From positions 68,423 through 132,422 of the forward strand of contig JAUWYL010000002.1 of the NCBI GenBank assembly GCA_030615855.1: 64,000 nt of DNA, in the 5' to 3' direction. The translations under genes were made by a program, and so were the position numbers. Shown here piece by piece: positions 41,178 through 50,355 of this stretch. This DNA comes from a bacterium. GTDB lineage: Bacteria; UBP18; UBA7526. The first letter of the stretch is position 1, and the number at the start of each line of letters is the position of its first letter. Under the pieces are notes generated by a model. It had not been told where the DNA came from. It saw only the letters and a program-made list of their open reading frames with translations, and searched no databases.

Positions 41178-41251
41178 CGCCTCCGGAGGGAGTCGAACCC
41201 CCAACTTTGTGGTCCGAAGCCACACGCTCTATCCAATTGAGCTACGGAGGC
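41178..41251 (-). tRNA. tRNA-Arg(TCG), intact, nested; followed by CTA instead of CCA
   Basis: GCCTCCG...TGTGG CT TCG GA CCACA...GTTCGACT...CGGAGGC G. Confidence 0.92.
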
Positions 41252-41433
41252 ATTTGCGGGGCTAATCCGCTGAGCTACAGGCGCTGAAACACGGATAGGC
41301 ACAGATTTCAGACACAGATGATCACAGATTTACAACAATGCGCTTCGCCTGCCTCGTCTAAACAAGAACCTGACTTCGTTAGAACCTTGTTTATCCGCGG
41401 AAATCCGTAATCCATCCGTGCTAATCTGTGTTC

Positions 41434-41614
41434 TGGGGTGGCTGATCCCGATTTTACTTATTGGGGTGAGCGAGGGGACTCGAACCCCCGACCACTTGAG
41501 CCACAGTCAAGTGCTCTAACCAACTGAGCTACGCTCACCATTTTACTAAAATTAAAATCGGGACGACCACCTGGGCCACAACCAGGTGCTCTAACCAACT
41601 GAGCTATAGCCACC
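41434..41614 (-). pseudogene. Disrupted outer tRNA-His(GTG), T-arm replaced
   Basis: 5' part GGTGGCTATAGCTC...CCTGG TT GTG GC CCAGG TGGTCG (41564-41614); 3' TCAGCCACCCCA (41434-41445). Confidence 0.88.
41462..41539 (-). tRNA. tRNA-His(GTG), intact, nested
   Basis: G-1 GTGAGCG...CTTGA CT GTG GC TCAAG...CGCTCAC C CCA. Confidence 0.95.
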
Positions 41615-41671
41615 AAATTTTTGTCCCACAAAAATTTGATCTTGAACCATCCCTCGCTTATCAGTTCGGGA

Positions 41672-41748
<77 letters not shown>

Positions 41749-41810
41749 CTCGTCACTGGCATTCCCTGTTAGGCAAAGTTCTAGCTAGGCTACCCTTTGG
41801 CATAAAAGAT

Positions 41811-42560
41811 TTATCGCCAAGCATGAAAAACCATTCTGTTCTGTTGGATTGCCTGAAAGAATGGCCGGCGGGGCTTTTTTATCTTACGACGGATAGCTCT
41901 CGCCACTCTGCGGGAAAGAGAGCGGTATTGTGAAACTATCCTAATCTTTCGGAATCCAACAGTTTTTAACATAGCTTCCACAGCAGCAGGATTTGGCCCC
42001 CACCAACTCGTTGGATCATTCGATAATTCTGCTTCAGGATAAAACCTCATGACTGGACATTTAGTCAAAGCCATGTCTACATATGTCTCTAGTACCAATT
42101 GATCTCCAGTGACATTGAAAACTCGTTCAAGAGCAAAAAGGGGGTGACGTAAATGATAAAGCACTCCCAGTAATAGAACTAAATCAAAAACACCGACTTT
42201 ATCAGGAGAAATGTCATACACATCCATTTCCATATCCTCAACTTTGGAATTGAGAGTTTTCCGTGCAAGCTCAAAACCTGCCTTCGTACCCCATCCTTCT
42301 CTATTTTCTTCATTCCAACAAGGTAAATCAGTTGCCAGAACACGCTTGGCTCCGCGACGCTCCGCTTCAAATGAATAAAATCCATCCCAAGCACCTATAT
42401 CAAGCACGGTCTTTCCTCGTAGATTTTCAGGAAGTTTAAGTATCTTTTTCCAGTCTTTACGAGGATCAATACAGCCAGGTGTTATTACTCCATTCCCTAA
42501 GTCAATCGTGTGCCACCACTTGATTTTCGCTACTTCTTTTTTTAAATCATTTATATTCAT
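41811..42560 (-). CDS. Class I SAM-dependent methyltransferase (DUF1698/CmoB-like)
   Basis: WWHTIDLG, VLDIGAWDG, GVLYHLRHP. Confidence 0.8.
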   Translation of the reverse strand: MNINDLKKEVAKIKWWHTIDLGNGVITPGCIDPRKDWKKILKLPENLRGKTVLDIGAWDGFYSFEAERRGAKRVLATDLPCWNEENREGWGTKAGFELARKTLNSKVEDMEMDVYDISPDKVGVFDLVLLLGVLYHLRHPLFALERVFNVTGDQLVLETYVDMALTKCPVMRFYPEAELSNDPTSWWGPNPAAVEAMLKTVGFRKIRIVSQYRSLSRRVARAIRRKIKKPRRPFFQAIQQNRMVFHAWR

Positions 42561-42671
42561 AATACCCTTCCTCCCTATGGAATTTCGTCTAACGGAAAAT
42601 AATTGAGATACTTCGTTTATGTCCAGTTCTCACTTTTTATCCGTGCTTATTCGTGTCGTTATCCGTGTTCG

Positions 42672-42916
42672 TGGTCGGGGTGCCGAGATTTGCCCGCCTC
42701 CGCCAGAGGCGGATGAGCCTCGGGCTCAAGAGGTGGATCCGCCTTCAGCGGAAACTTGGACCTGTCCGATTGAGCCAATCTAATTTAATGGTCGGGAAGG
42801 CGGGATTCGAACCCGCGACCTCGTGCTCCCAAAGCACGCGCGCTAATCCAAGCTGCGCCACTTCCCGTCATTCGGGCTCAATCGGACCGCGCTAAGCCAA
42901 ACTGCGCCACACCCCG
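42672..42916 (-). pseudogene. Disrupted outer tRNA-Pro (anticodon arm replaced; T-loop carries a second insert)
   Basis: 5' CGGGGTGTGGCGCAGTTTGGCTTAGCGCG (42888-42916), AGGTCCAAGTT (42753-42763), CAAATCTCGGCACCCCGACCA (42672-42692). Confidence 0.85.
42789..42867 (-). tRNA. tRNA-Pro(TGG), intact, nested
   Basis: CGGGAAG...CGTGC TT TGG GA GCACG...GTTCGAAT...CTTCCCG A CCA. Confidence 0.95.
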
Positions 42917-42932
42917 ATTCCGACCATCGGGA

Positions 42933-42960
42933 CGCCTAAGTCGAACTGCGCCACTTCCCG
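42933..42960 (-). pseudogene. Orphan 5' fragment of a third tRNA-Pro
   Basis: CGGGAAGTGGCGCAGTTCGACTTAGGCG followed by hairpin TCCCGATGGTCGGAA. Confidence 0.7.
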
Positions 42961-42963
42961 TTG

Positions 42964-43545
42964 TTAAAGCATTTCTTCTAATATTTTTTTTGCCTTTCGG
43001 AAGGCCTGAGATCTGTGGCTGATTCTATTCTTAATCTCTGGGCCTAGTTCAGCGAAGGTCTTATTATATCTGGAAGCAATAAAGACGGGATCAAAGCCAA
43101 AACCCGCCCCTCCCCTCTCTTTAAAGGCGATCCTTCCTCGATATTTGCCCTCTACTACCCGGACTTTTCCATCTGGGGTGGCAATGCCTACCGCGCATCT
43201 GAAGGTCGCGCCCCTTTTATTGGCGGGAACATCTTTCAATAATTTTAGAAGTTTCCTATTTCTTTCCCTATCATTTCTGGCGAATCTGGCAGAATAGATC
43301 CCCGGCCTCCCTCCTAAGGCATCTACCTCCAGGCCAGAGTCGTCTGCCAATGAAATCCTTCTTGTTAAGCGAACAACCGCTCTTGCCTTGAGGGTGGCAT
43401 TCTCTGAAAAACTCCTCCCCTTCTCCTCTATCTCTTTGATCTCGGGGAAATCTTTCAGGGATAGAAATTCTACTTTTAATCCTTTTAGAATCTCTCTTAT
43501 CTCTTTTGCTTTCTTGAGGTTCCTGGTTGCTAAAACTATTTGCAC
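42964..43545 (-). CDS. rdgB: Non-canonical purine NTP pyrophosphatase (RdgB/HAM1)
   Basis: ATRN..K, ADDSGL, GFGFDP, SHR. Confidence 0.95.
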   Translation of the reverse strand: MQIVLATRNLKKAKEIREILKGLKVEFLSLKDFPEIKEIEEKGRSFSENATLKARAVVRLTRRISLADDSGLEVDALGGRPGIYSARFARNDRERNRKLLKLLKDVPANKRGATFRCAVGIATPDGKVRVVEGKYRGRIAFKERGGAGFGFDPVFIASRYNKTFAELGPEIKNRISHRSQAFRKAKKILEEML

Positions 43546-44264
43546 GGAAGCTTTCCTAAAGCCTCTTTTTGGATAGCGATTAGTTTTTCAATCCCCTTGC
43601 TTGCCAAACCGATTAGTCTCTCCATCTCGGACTTCGTGAAGGGGTGCTCCTCTGCTGTCCCCTGAACTTCAACGAACTTCCTTTCTCCCGTCATGACCAC
43701 ATTAATATCTACGCTTGCCTTGGAATCCTCTTTATAGGTGAGGTCGAGAAGAGACTTACCATCCACAATTCCTACGCTGGTGGCGGCCACAAAGTCTCTT
43801 ATTGGCCAAGAGGTTATCTTGCCTTCTTTCTTCAGCCATTTCAGGGCATCGATTAAGGCAACGAAGGCCCCAGTAATACTCGCCGTCCTCGTTCCCCCAT
43901 CTGCCTGTATAACATCGCAGTCTAACCAGATGGTTCTCTCTCCTAAGGCCTTTAAATCGACCACTGCCCTTAAGGACCTGCCGATTAGCCTCTGAATCTC
44001 ATGGGTCCTGCCCTTTAAGATTCCTCTTTCTCCTTCCCGCCTGATGCGCGTGCTACTCGATCTGGGAAGCATACTATACTCTGCGGTGATCCAGCCTTCT
44101 TCCAATCCCCTTAAGAAGGGGGGAACCCTCTCTTCAATAGAGGCGGTACAGATGACCTTGGTATCCCCCACTTCGATGAGGCAGGAGCCCTCTGCAGGCT
44201 TGATGTAGTTTCTAGTAATCTTTACCTTACGTATCCTATCTGGTGCTCTACCATCAGCACGCAT
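43536..44264 (-). CDS. rph: Ribonuclease PH
   Basis: [30 protein letters not shown]. Confidence 0.96.
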   Translation of the reverse strand: MRADGRAPDRIRKVKITRNYIKPAEGSCLIEVGDTKVICTASIEERVPPFLRGLEEGWITAEYSMLPRSSSTRIRREGERGILKGRTHEIQRLIGRSLRAVVDLKALGERTIWLDCDVIQADGGTRTASITGAFVALIDALKWLKKEGKITSWPIRDFVAATSVGIVDGKSLLDLTYKEDSKASVDINVVMTGERKFVEVQGTAEEHPFTKSEMERLIGLASKGIEKLIAIQKEALGKLPCK

Positions 44265-44801
44265 TTATTCTCTCCTAAAAAGGCTCTTTCCTTTGGTATC
44301 AACAGCTACTATCACTGGAAAGTCTTCTACCTCTAATCGGTAGATCGCCTCTGGCCCCAAATCGGGATAGGCAATTACCTTTGCCTCTTTTATATATCGA
44401 GAAAGAAGGGCCCCACACCCTCCCGGGGCAGCGAAGTAGACTGCCTGATGCCTCTTCATGGCCTCCCTAACTTCTTGGGAACGCTCCCCCTTGCCCATCA
44501 TTCCTCTGAGGCCCTTCTTTAATAGGGGAATGGTATAGGGATCCATTCTAAAACTGGTGGTTGGGCCAGCCGAACCAATGACCTTTCCTGGCCGGACGGG
44601 AGTTGGCCCGGTATAGTAAAGAATCTGATCCCTTATAGGAATGGGTAAAGATTTCCTTTTCAAAGCTGCTATCAGTCTTTTATGGCTGGCATCCCGGGCA
44701 GTATAGATAGTTCCTGAAATCCTTACCCTATCCCCCACCCTCAATTTTTTCACTTTTTCTACGGTTAAAGGAGTTTCTAATTTATAACTTGTTTTTCGCA
44801 T
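44265..44801 (-). CDS. Fe-S fumarate hydratase/tartrate dehydratase beta subunit
   Basis: TARDASH, GPTTSFRMD, GKG, DLGPEA. Confidence 0.9.
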   Translation of the reverse strand: MRKTSYKLETPLTVEKVKKLRVGDRVRISGTIYTARDASHKRLIAALKRKSLPIPIRDQILYYTGPTPVRPGKVIGSAGPTTSFRMDPYTIPLLKKGLRGMMGKGERSQEVREAMKRHQAVYFAAPGGCGALLSRYIKEAKVIAYPDLGPEAIYRLEVEDFPVIVAVDTKGKSLFRRE

Positions 44802-44838
44802 CTTCTCACTTTTCCACCTGCCCACTTCCCCATTTTCC

Positions 44839-45672
44839 CTAGATTATCTTTCGAGCGTATCTCAGGGCATGGCAGTTGATGTTGACCGCTACCGGTAATC
44901 CAGCGATATGGGTGGGGAAGGTCTCGATATGGACCGCAAGAGAGGTGACCTTTCCTCCCAGGCCAGAAGGACCGATGCCCAATCCATTGATCTTCTTAAG
45001 TAACTCCTTCTCTAAGAATCTAATCTCTTTCTTAGCATGATGCCTTCCTAGGGGACGCAGGAGGGCCTCCTTTGCCAGGAGACTAGATTTCTCTAAAGTT
45101 CCCCCAATTCCTACCCCAACTACAATCGGGGGACAGGGATCGGCGCCCGCCTCCCTCACCTTCTCCAAGACGAACTCCACAACCCCTTTTCTACCCTGAG
45201 AGGGCAGAAGCATTCTGGTTGCCGAAACATTTTCGCTCCCAAAGCCCTTAATGAAGACAGCGATCTTTAGCCTTTTCCCTTTCACTATCTTAGTATGGAT
45301 AATGGCTGGGGTATTATTTTTGGTATTTTTTCTATCCAGAGGACTAACGATGGACTTTCTAAGGTAACCTTCTCTGTATCCTTTCCTCACTCCTTCCTGA
45401 ATGGCCTCCTCCAGATCCTCGATCCTTATCCCTTCTCCTATCTCTAAGAAGACCTCTACCATTCCGGTATCCTGACAGAGAGGATATACTCCCTCTTCTG
45501 CTATTCGGGCATTTTCAATTAACTGGCTCAGGACCTCTCTTCCCAGAGAAGAATTTTCCCTTCTCCTGGCTCTTCTTAGAGCCTGGATTACTTCTTTTGG
45601 TAACTGGTAGTTTGCTTCAATACATAACTGGGCTACTACATCCCTGATCCTTTCAGGGCCAATCCTTCTCAT
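44839..45672 (-). CDS. Fe-S fumarate hydratase/tartrate dehydratase alpha subunit
   Basis: CQDTG, KGFGSEN, CPP, HIAGLPV, CHA. Confidence 0.9.
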   Translation of the reverse strand: MRRIGPERIRDVVAQLCIEANYQLPKEVIQALRRARRRENSSLGREVLSQLIENARIAEEGVYPLCQDTGMVEVFLEIGEGIRIEDLEEAIQEGVRKGYREGYLRKSIVSPLDRKNTKNNTPAIIHTKIVKGKRLKIAVFIKGFGSENVSATRMLLPSQGRKGVVEFVLEKVREAGADPCPPIVVGVGIGGTLEKSSLLAKEALLRPLGRHHAKKEIRFLEKELLKKINGLGIGPSGLGGKVTSLAVHIETFPTHIAGLPVAVNINCHALRYARKII

Positions 45673-46454
45673 ACTCTCTCTACCTTTTCAATCTCTTTCC
45701 CTAAAAATATTTTGCCCAGGCGAGCAAACCTCTCTGGGGCATCGCTCACAAAGAAGGAATGTCTGGGAACTCCTTCCCTCGCCAGCAGATTTTTCTCCTC
45801 CAGTATTCTCTTAAGTCTCCCAACGGTTGCTCGGGCAGAGTCAATCAGGGAAACCTCTCCCATGACCTGAGTAATCTCTTTTTTCAACAGAGGGTAGTGG
45901 GTACACCCCAGGATGAGAGTATCTATCTCCTCCTCCTTTAAGGGTTCCAGATACTCCCTTACAATGAGACGGGTCGCTTCTTTCTCTATCCAACCTTCTT
46001 CCACCAGGGGAACGAAGAGGGGACAGGGCTTCTCAATCACAAAGGCCTCTGGTTCTAATCTCTTCAATTCCTTGGCATATGCCCCACTTTTTATGGTCCC
46101 ATAGGTTCCGATCACCCCGATCCTCTTATTCTTGGTGACCCTTAAGGCCTCTCCTGCCCCGGGCCTGATGACCCCGATGATGGGAATGGGGTTTTCTTCC
46201 CTCATCTCTTCTAAAGTAAAAGCGGATGCGGTATGGCAGGCAAGGATGACGGCCTTTATCTTCTTTTTGAGAAGAAAGTGAATATTATCTCGTACTAGAC
46301 GTTTGATGGTTTGAAAGGATTTTGGGCCATAGGGGAGATGGGCGGTATCCCCGAAATAGACGATATCCTCCTGAGGAAGTTGCCTTATGATCTCCTTTAC
46401 TACCGTCAGTCCTCCCACCCCAGAATCGAAGACCCCAATGGGCCGATCATCCAT
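45669..46454 (-). CDS. murI: Glutamate racemase
   Basis: FDSGVGG, ACHT, GCTHYP. Confidence 0.95.
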   Translation of the reverse strand: MDDRPIGVFDSGVGGLTVVKEIIRQLPQEDIVYFGDTAHLPYGPKSFQTIKRLVRDNIHFLLKKKIKAVILACHTASAFTLEEMREENPIPIIGVIRPGAGEALRVTKNKRIGVIGTYGTIKSGAYAKELKRLEPEAFVIEKPCPLFVPLVEEGWIEKEATRLIVREYLEPLKEEEIDTLILGCTHYPLLKKEITQVMGEVSLIDSARATVGRLKRILEEKNLLAREGVPRHSFFVSDAPERFARLGKIFLGKEIEKVERV

Positions 46455-46552
46455 ATTCAATCCTTACTTGGTAAAATACTAAATTTAACGCATTGAATCC
46501 TGCTGGACTTAATTCCCAATAAAATTCTTAATGCCCCAAAAGGAAATAAGTA

Positions 46553-46709
46553 GATCAGAGAATCAGGGTATCAGTAGGAAGGGTATCAGAAGACCAGAGT
46601 ATCAGGCTTGAAAGAAGAATTTTCTGATGTTCTGATATTCTGCCCACTGATTTGCTGCATTCAGAGCATCGCGAAGAATTTAGCCAGCTTGTCTGGCGTC
46701 TATTCTGAT
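46553..46709. repeat. ATCAG/CTGAT array plus 55-bp module (inverted copy at 49485-49630)
   Basis: 46655-46709 matches the reverse complement of 49485-49539 at 52/55 positions. Confidence 0.85.
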
Positions 46710-46887
46710 ATGCTTTTTACCTTGTTGGAAATTGCCCGTCCTCCGTAGAAGTAGAACTCCCGGCCTTCGTAGCCGAAGGCTACTTCGGCGGAGTAGGCTC
46801 TACTTCGGAGGATGGAGATATTAGACATTAGAAATTTAATGCGTTTGTTTAGAGTTTCGGATTTAGGATTTCGAGTTTCTATTTCTT

Positions 46888-47436
46888 TTAATACTCAACA
46901 ATTGTGCTATTTCGAGGGAAGGATTTGGTAGTATCAATGTGGCCGGCCAGGGTTTCGATGGTTGCGCCCTCAACTAAAATCTGAACCCTCTCTATCTCCT
47001 CAAGATTGTCTATCAGGGTATTGACCAGGGAATAGATAGTGAGAAGCTCTCCTGCACTTCCTCCGGGATGATTGGTCTGAAAGGCCTGATTAAAGTCCAA
47101 ATAAACACATTTCTCCTCAGGAACGATGTATAGCTCACGCAACTGAGTCTCTGGGGGAATGGTGGGATCCAGATTCCCCCGGGGACCCTTAATAAGTTCC
47201 TCAACCAGTGCCTTTGCCTCATCAGTTATCCTCTCTTCCCTCAATATTCTTCGTGCCTCAATCCTGAGATAGTCGGCATCTGGAGAGGCGAAGTAGAGCC
47301 GGACCAATTTGACATTCTCCTCTGGAGCAAGAAAGGGGATGCGATAGAATACCCTCTCCCTTTGGGAGATCAAAAGAACAACGACCATTAAAAGAATTGA
47401 GATTCCCAGAATTATTATGACTCTTTTCCTCTTCAA
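46888..47436 (-). CDS. GerMN domain protein
   Basis: LYF, ELIKGP, GS..ELLTIYSLVNTL, VQILVEG...LAGHID. Confidence 0.85.
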   Translation of the reverse strand: MKRKRVIIILGISILLMVVVLLISQRERVFYRIPFLAPEENVKLVRLYFASPDADYLRIEARRILREERITDEAKALVEELIKGPRGNLDPTIPPETQLRELYIVPEEKCVYLDFNQAFQTNHPGGSAGELLTIYSLVNTLIDNLEEIERVQILVEGATIETLAGHIDTTKSFPRNSTIVEY

Positions 47437-47474
47437 AACTTTCTCCCTATATACCGATCACCGATCACTGTTCA

Positions 47475-48971
47475 CTATTCACTGATTACTAAGCCCATGC
47501 TTCTTTCAAAGTTTCGTTTATAGAGGGCGATAGCATTATATAGACCCTCTGCCACCCTCTTCTGAAAATCGGGATTCCTCAACATATTCTCCTCTCTGGG
47601 GTTAGAGATGAAGGCTACCTCCACTAAGATGGAAGGCATATCCGCTCCAGATAGGACATAGAAGTGGGCCTGGTCCACTTTCCTATTTCTAATTTTCAGC
47701 TTCTTATCCAATCCCTCTTGGGCCAGGATGGCCAGCTCACTGCTTTCGTTCAAATAAGTATTGTGGGCCATATCCCACAGGATGAACTCTGCCTGGCTCA
47801 TAGCCCTTCTACTCCCCTTCTCCAATCTGATGACCGCGTTCTCACGCCTGGCTACTGCCTTGGCCTCCTCGGTCAAGGCCAGGGAATGGAAGTAGGTTTC
47901 AAAGCCTCCTCCGCGCGCTCTTCCCAGAGCGGCATTGGCATGGATGGAGATGAATAGGTCGGCCCTCTCATTATTTGCCCGCGCGGTGCGCTCCCTCAGA
48001 GGAACGAAGTAATCCCCGGTCCTGGTTAAGACCACCCTTATCCCCAGTCTCTCGCTCAAAAGCCTCTTTAATTCCTTGGCAATGGTTAAGACGACATCCT
48101 TCTCTCTCGTCCCTCCCCTACCTATGGCTCCCGGATCCTTCCCTCCATGTCCCGGATCGATGACGATGGTGGTGATCTTATAATGGGCCTTTGTGGGAGG
48201 GTTGATATCCAGAACGATGCGATTGGGATTCTTTAGGGTGAAGTCCTTGTAGGGGAGGTCCTGGATAAGTCTTACCACGATTTGGGTAGCATTGGGGAGC
48301 TGGAAGGCCTGCATATTCTTTACCCGGTCATCGTTTATCTCCAGGGATAACTCTCCCGGATTGCATTCCCCGCCATAGACATCTATAATGACCTGATCGG
48401 GGAGTTTCTTCCTCGCTTTATAACTTAAAGGCCTTAAGAGATCGATGACGATCCTTGTGGAATCGAGATAGGAGGAGTGTCTCACTCCCCGGACATTGAG
48501 CCTTCCTCCACTGACCTTCAAGATCCTCGTCTTGGGATCCCAGTCAATTCTGGCTTTTAAGATCCCGTCCAGGATCTCGCTCAGGAAGTCTATGGGCAGA
48601 AGGATGGCTCCGTTACTGAAGCGGGAGGACTGGGTGATTTTCTTGATTCTATCATTGACCATGATCTGAGAGCTGCCCACAAAGAAGATGACCTGGTCTG
48701 GTCCAGAGGTTAGAGTAACCTTCTTAGTAATGGCATCCCATTCCAGATCGAGCCGGAAGAGCTTGACCGTCTCTTTCAGGTAGACGAAGTCTATTCCCTG
48801 AAAGGTGAGGGACTTTATGGTAGCCTCTGCCTGTCCCTCATCGTAGATAACCTTTACCCCGCTCCTGGACACAGGGGCGGGGTTAATCTCCTCTTGCTGA
48901 GCTAAGAGGGGCAAGGCAATTAATGCTATGAGGGCTGTGACCACCAGCCCGATCAAAACCTTCTTCACCAT
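47475..48971 (-). CDS. N-acetylmuramoyl-L-alanine amidase (AmiC-like, AMIN + Amidase_3)
   Basis: IDPGHGGKDPGA, SIHAN, LVEVAFISN; signal peptide. Confidence 0.92.
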   Translation of the reverse strand: MVKKVLIGLVVTALIALIALPLLAQQEEINPAPVSRSGVKVIYDEGQAEATIKSLTFQGIDFVYLKETVKLFRLDLEWDAITKKVTLTSGPDQVIFFVGSSQIMVNDRIKKITQSSRFSNGAILLPIDFLSEILDGILKARIDWDPKTRILKVSGGRLNVRGVRHSSYLDSTRIVIDLLRPLSYKARKKLPDQVIIDVYGGECNPGELSLEINDDRVKNMQAFQLPNATQIVVRLIQDLPYKDFTLKNPNRIVLDINPPTKAHYKITTIVIDPGHGGKDPGAIGRGGTREKDVVLTIAKELKRLLSERLGIRVVLTRTGDYFVPLRERTARANNERADLFISIHANAALGRARGGGFETYFHSLALTEEAKAVARRENAVIRLEKGSRRAMSQAEFILWDMAHNTYLNESSELAILAQEGLDKKLKIRNRKVDQAHFYVLSGADMPSILVEVAFISNPREENMLRNPDFQKRVAEGLYNAIALYKRNFERSMGLVISE

Positions 48972-49119
48972 TTCTCCCTCATAAAATAAACCTCATTCCA
49001 TTCGGCAAGAAGCGGATGCAGACAGATTATTACGGATGTAAACGGACTCTTTTCGCAACGATTTATTCGTTTGCATCTGCTGTCATCCGTTTGAATCTAT
49101 AATAAAATTTATTATTCCG

Positions 49120-49468
49120 TGGAGGCGAGGGGAATCGAACCCCTGTCCAGGAATATTTCTCTAAGGGCGCTACATGCTTAGCCAACATTTTTCTCTCATC
49201 CCGATCACTCCTGTTAGCAGGATTGATCGGGACCAGTTTGATGTGTTTTCATCTCCTCTTCCTCAAACAAGAGGAGGAGACTATCCTGTGTTTCTGACAC
49301 CCACATCCCATCCCACAGGCGAGATGGGAGGAGCGTGCCTGCTCTTTAGCAGACGTAAGCTAATTGCTCGTTGGCAATTAAGTTTCTGCCAAATGTTTTA
49401 CGAGTCTTTTGGCGACCTCGACATGCTCCTTTTAGATTAAATACCCCTGTCGAAACCTTTTCGCCCCC
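49120..49468 (-). ncRNA. ssrA: tmRNA
   Basis: 5' GGGGGCGAAAAGGTTTCGAC, 3' GACAGGGGTTCGATTCCCCTCGCCTCCA with G3-U pair; tag ORF at 49346-49375; adjacent to smpB. Confidence 0.95.
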
Positions 49469-49484
49469 CTTCTTTCTACAGATT

Positions 49485-49630
49485 ATCAGTATAGACGCCA
49501 GACAAGCTGGCTAAATTCTTCGCGGTGCTCAGAATGCAGACCATCAGAATGAGAATTCAGAATATCAGATTCCATTTGGCCTTCTGATAACTGACCTTCT
49601 CCATCTGGTATTCTGGTAATCTGATACTCT
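49485..49630. repeat. 55-bp module plus ATCAG/CTGAT array
   Basis: Inverted relative of 46553-46709; array homologous to 32111-32210. Confidence 0.85.
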
Positions 49631-49631
49631 T

Positions 49632-50087
49632 TTACTTTCCTACTCTCCTACTTTTTAGTGCTCGCTCCATCTCCCTCTGGGCAGCCTTTCTCTTCAGTCT
49701 CTCCCTCTTGTCGTACTTTTTCTTACCCTTGGCTACAGCGATCTCAACCTTCGCCTTTCCCTCCTTAAAATAGATCTTTAAGGGAATTAAGGTCAGGCCC
49801 CTCTGCGAGGTTAGACCAATTAATTTCTTTATCTCCCTTTTATGAAGGAGCAACTTTCTTGGTCGGGTGGGCTCTGGCCCCGGAATGCCCTGATGGCTAT
49901 AGGGAGCAATATGTAAGTTATATAGAAAGACCTCATTCCCCTCGGTTCTGGCGAAACTCTCCCTCAGACTTACCTTTCCCATGCGCAAGGATTTTACCTC
50001 GCTACCCTTTAATACCACTCCGGCCTCAAAACTATCCAAGATATGGTAGTTATAGAGTGCTTTTCTATTGGTGGCAACAATCTTCAT
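49632..50087 (-). CDS. smpB: SsrA-binding protein
   Basis: NRKA, GSEVKSLR, RKLLLHKREI, GKKKYDKRE. Confidence 0.97.
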   Translation of the reverse strand: MKIVATNRKALYNYHILDSFEAGVVLKGSEVKSLRMGKVSLRESFARTEGNEVFLYNLHIAPYSHQGIPGPEPTRPRKLLLHKREIKKLIGLTSQRGLTLIPLKIYFKEGKAKVEIAVAKGKKKYDKRERLKRKAAQREMERALKSRRVGK

Positions 50088-50141
50088 GATATTTTGTTAA
50101 TATGAAGGTGCACTTCGTTTACCCCTTCTATTAATTTTACT

Positions 50142-50170
50142 AATATACCATATTTCTGTTGAGATTGCAA
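50142..50170 (-). promoter_or_regulatory. Sigma70-type promoter for smpB
   Basis: TTGCAA-17 nt-TATATT with TG extension. Confidence 0.6.
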
Positions 50171-50182
50171 GAGAAACAAAGA

Positions 50183-50269
50183 TGGTGCCGCGGGAGAGAT
50201 TCGAACTCTCACAACCTCACGGCCACTACGCCCTGAACGTAGCGTGTCTACCGATTCCACCACCGCGGC
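50183..50269 (-). tRNA. tRNA-Leu(CAG)
   Basis: GCCGCGG...CTACG TT CAG GG CGTAG, long variable arm, CCA. Confidence 0.95.
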
Positions 50270-50286
50270 ATTCTTTAGGAGAAGAA

Positions 50287-50315
50287 CCCCGCTCCTCTAT
50301 GAGGGGCGGGGTAAA
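50287..50315. mobile_element. Empty palindromic mini-element CCCCGCTCCTC-TAT-GAGGGGCGGGG-TAAA
   Basis: Ends closely resemble those of the tRNA-Leu-carrying element at 40584-40740. Confidence 0.65.
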
Positions 50316-50355
50316 GCCCTGCTCCATCTGTGTCAACATCCGTGCTAAGCTGTGT

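Larger units (their letters stand above)
41013..41284 (-). pseudogene. Disrupted outer tRNA-Arg(TCG)
   Basis: 5' piece GCGCCTGTAGCTCAGCGGATTAG (41262-41284), middle TCGGACCACTAGGTCGTGGG (41137-41156), 3' AATCCTACCAGGCGCGCCA (41013-41031). Confidence 0.85.

Noticed and set aside
49120..49150. Extra tRNA-Ala near 49.1 kb
   Set aside because: It is the tRNA-like 3' domain of tmRNA.
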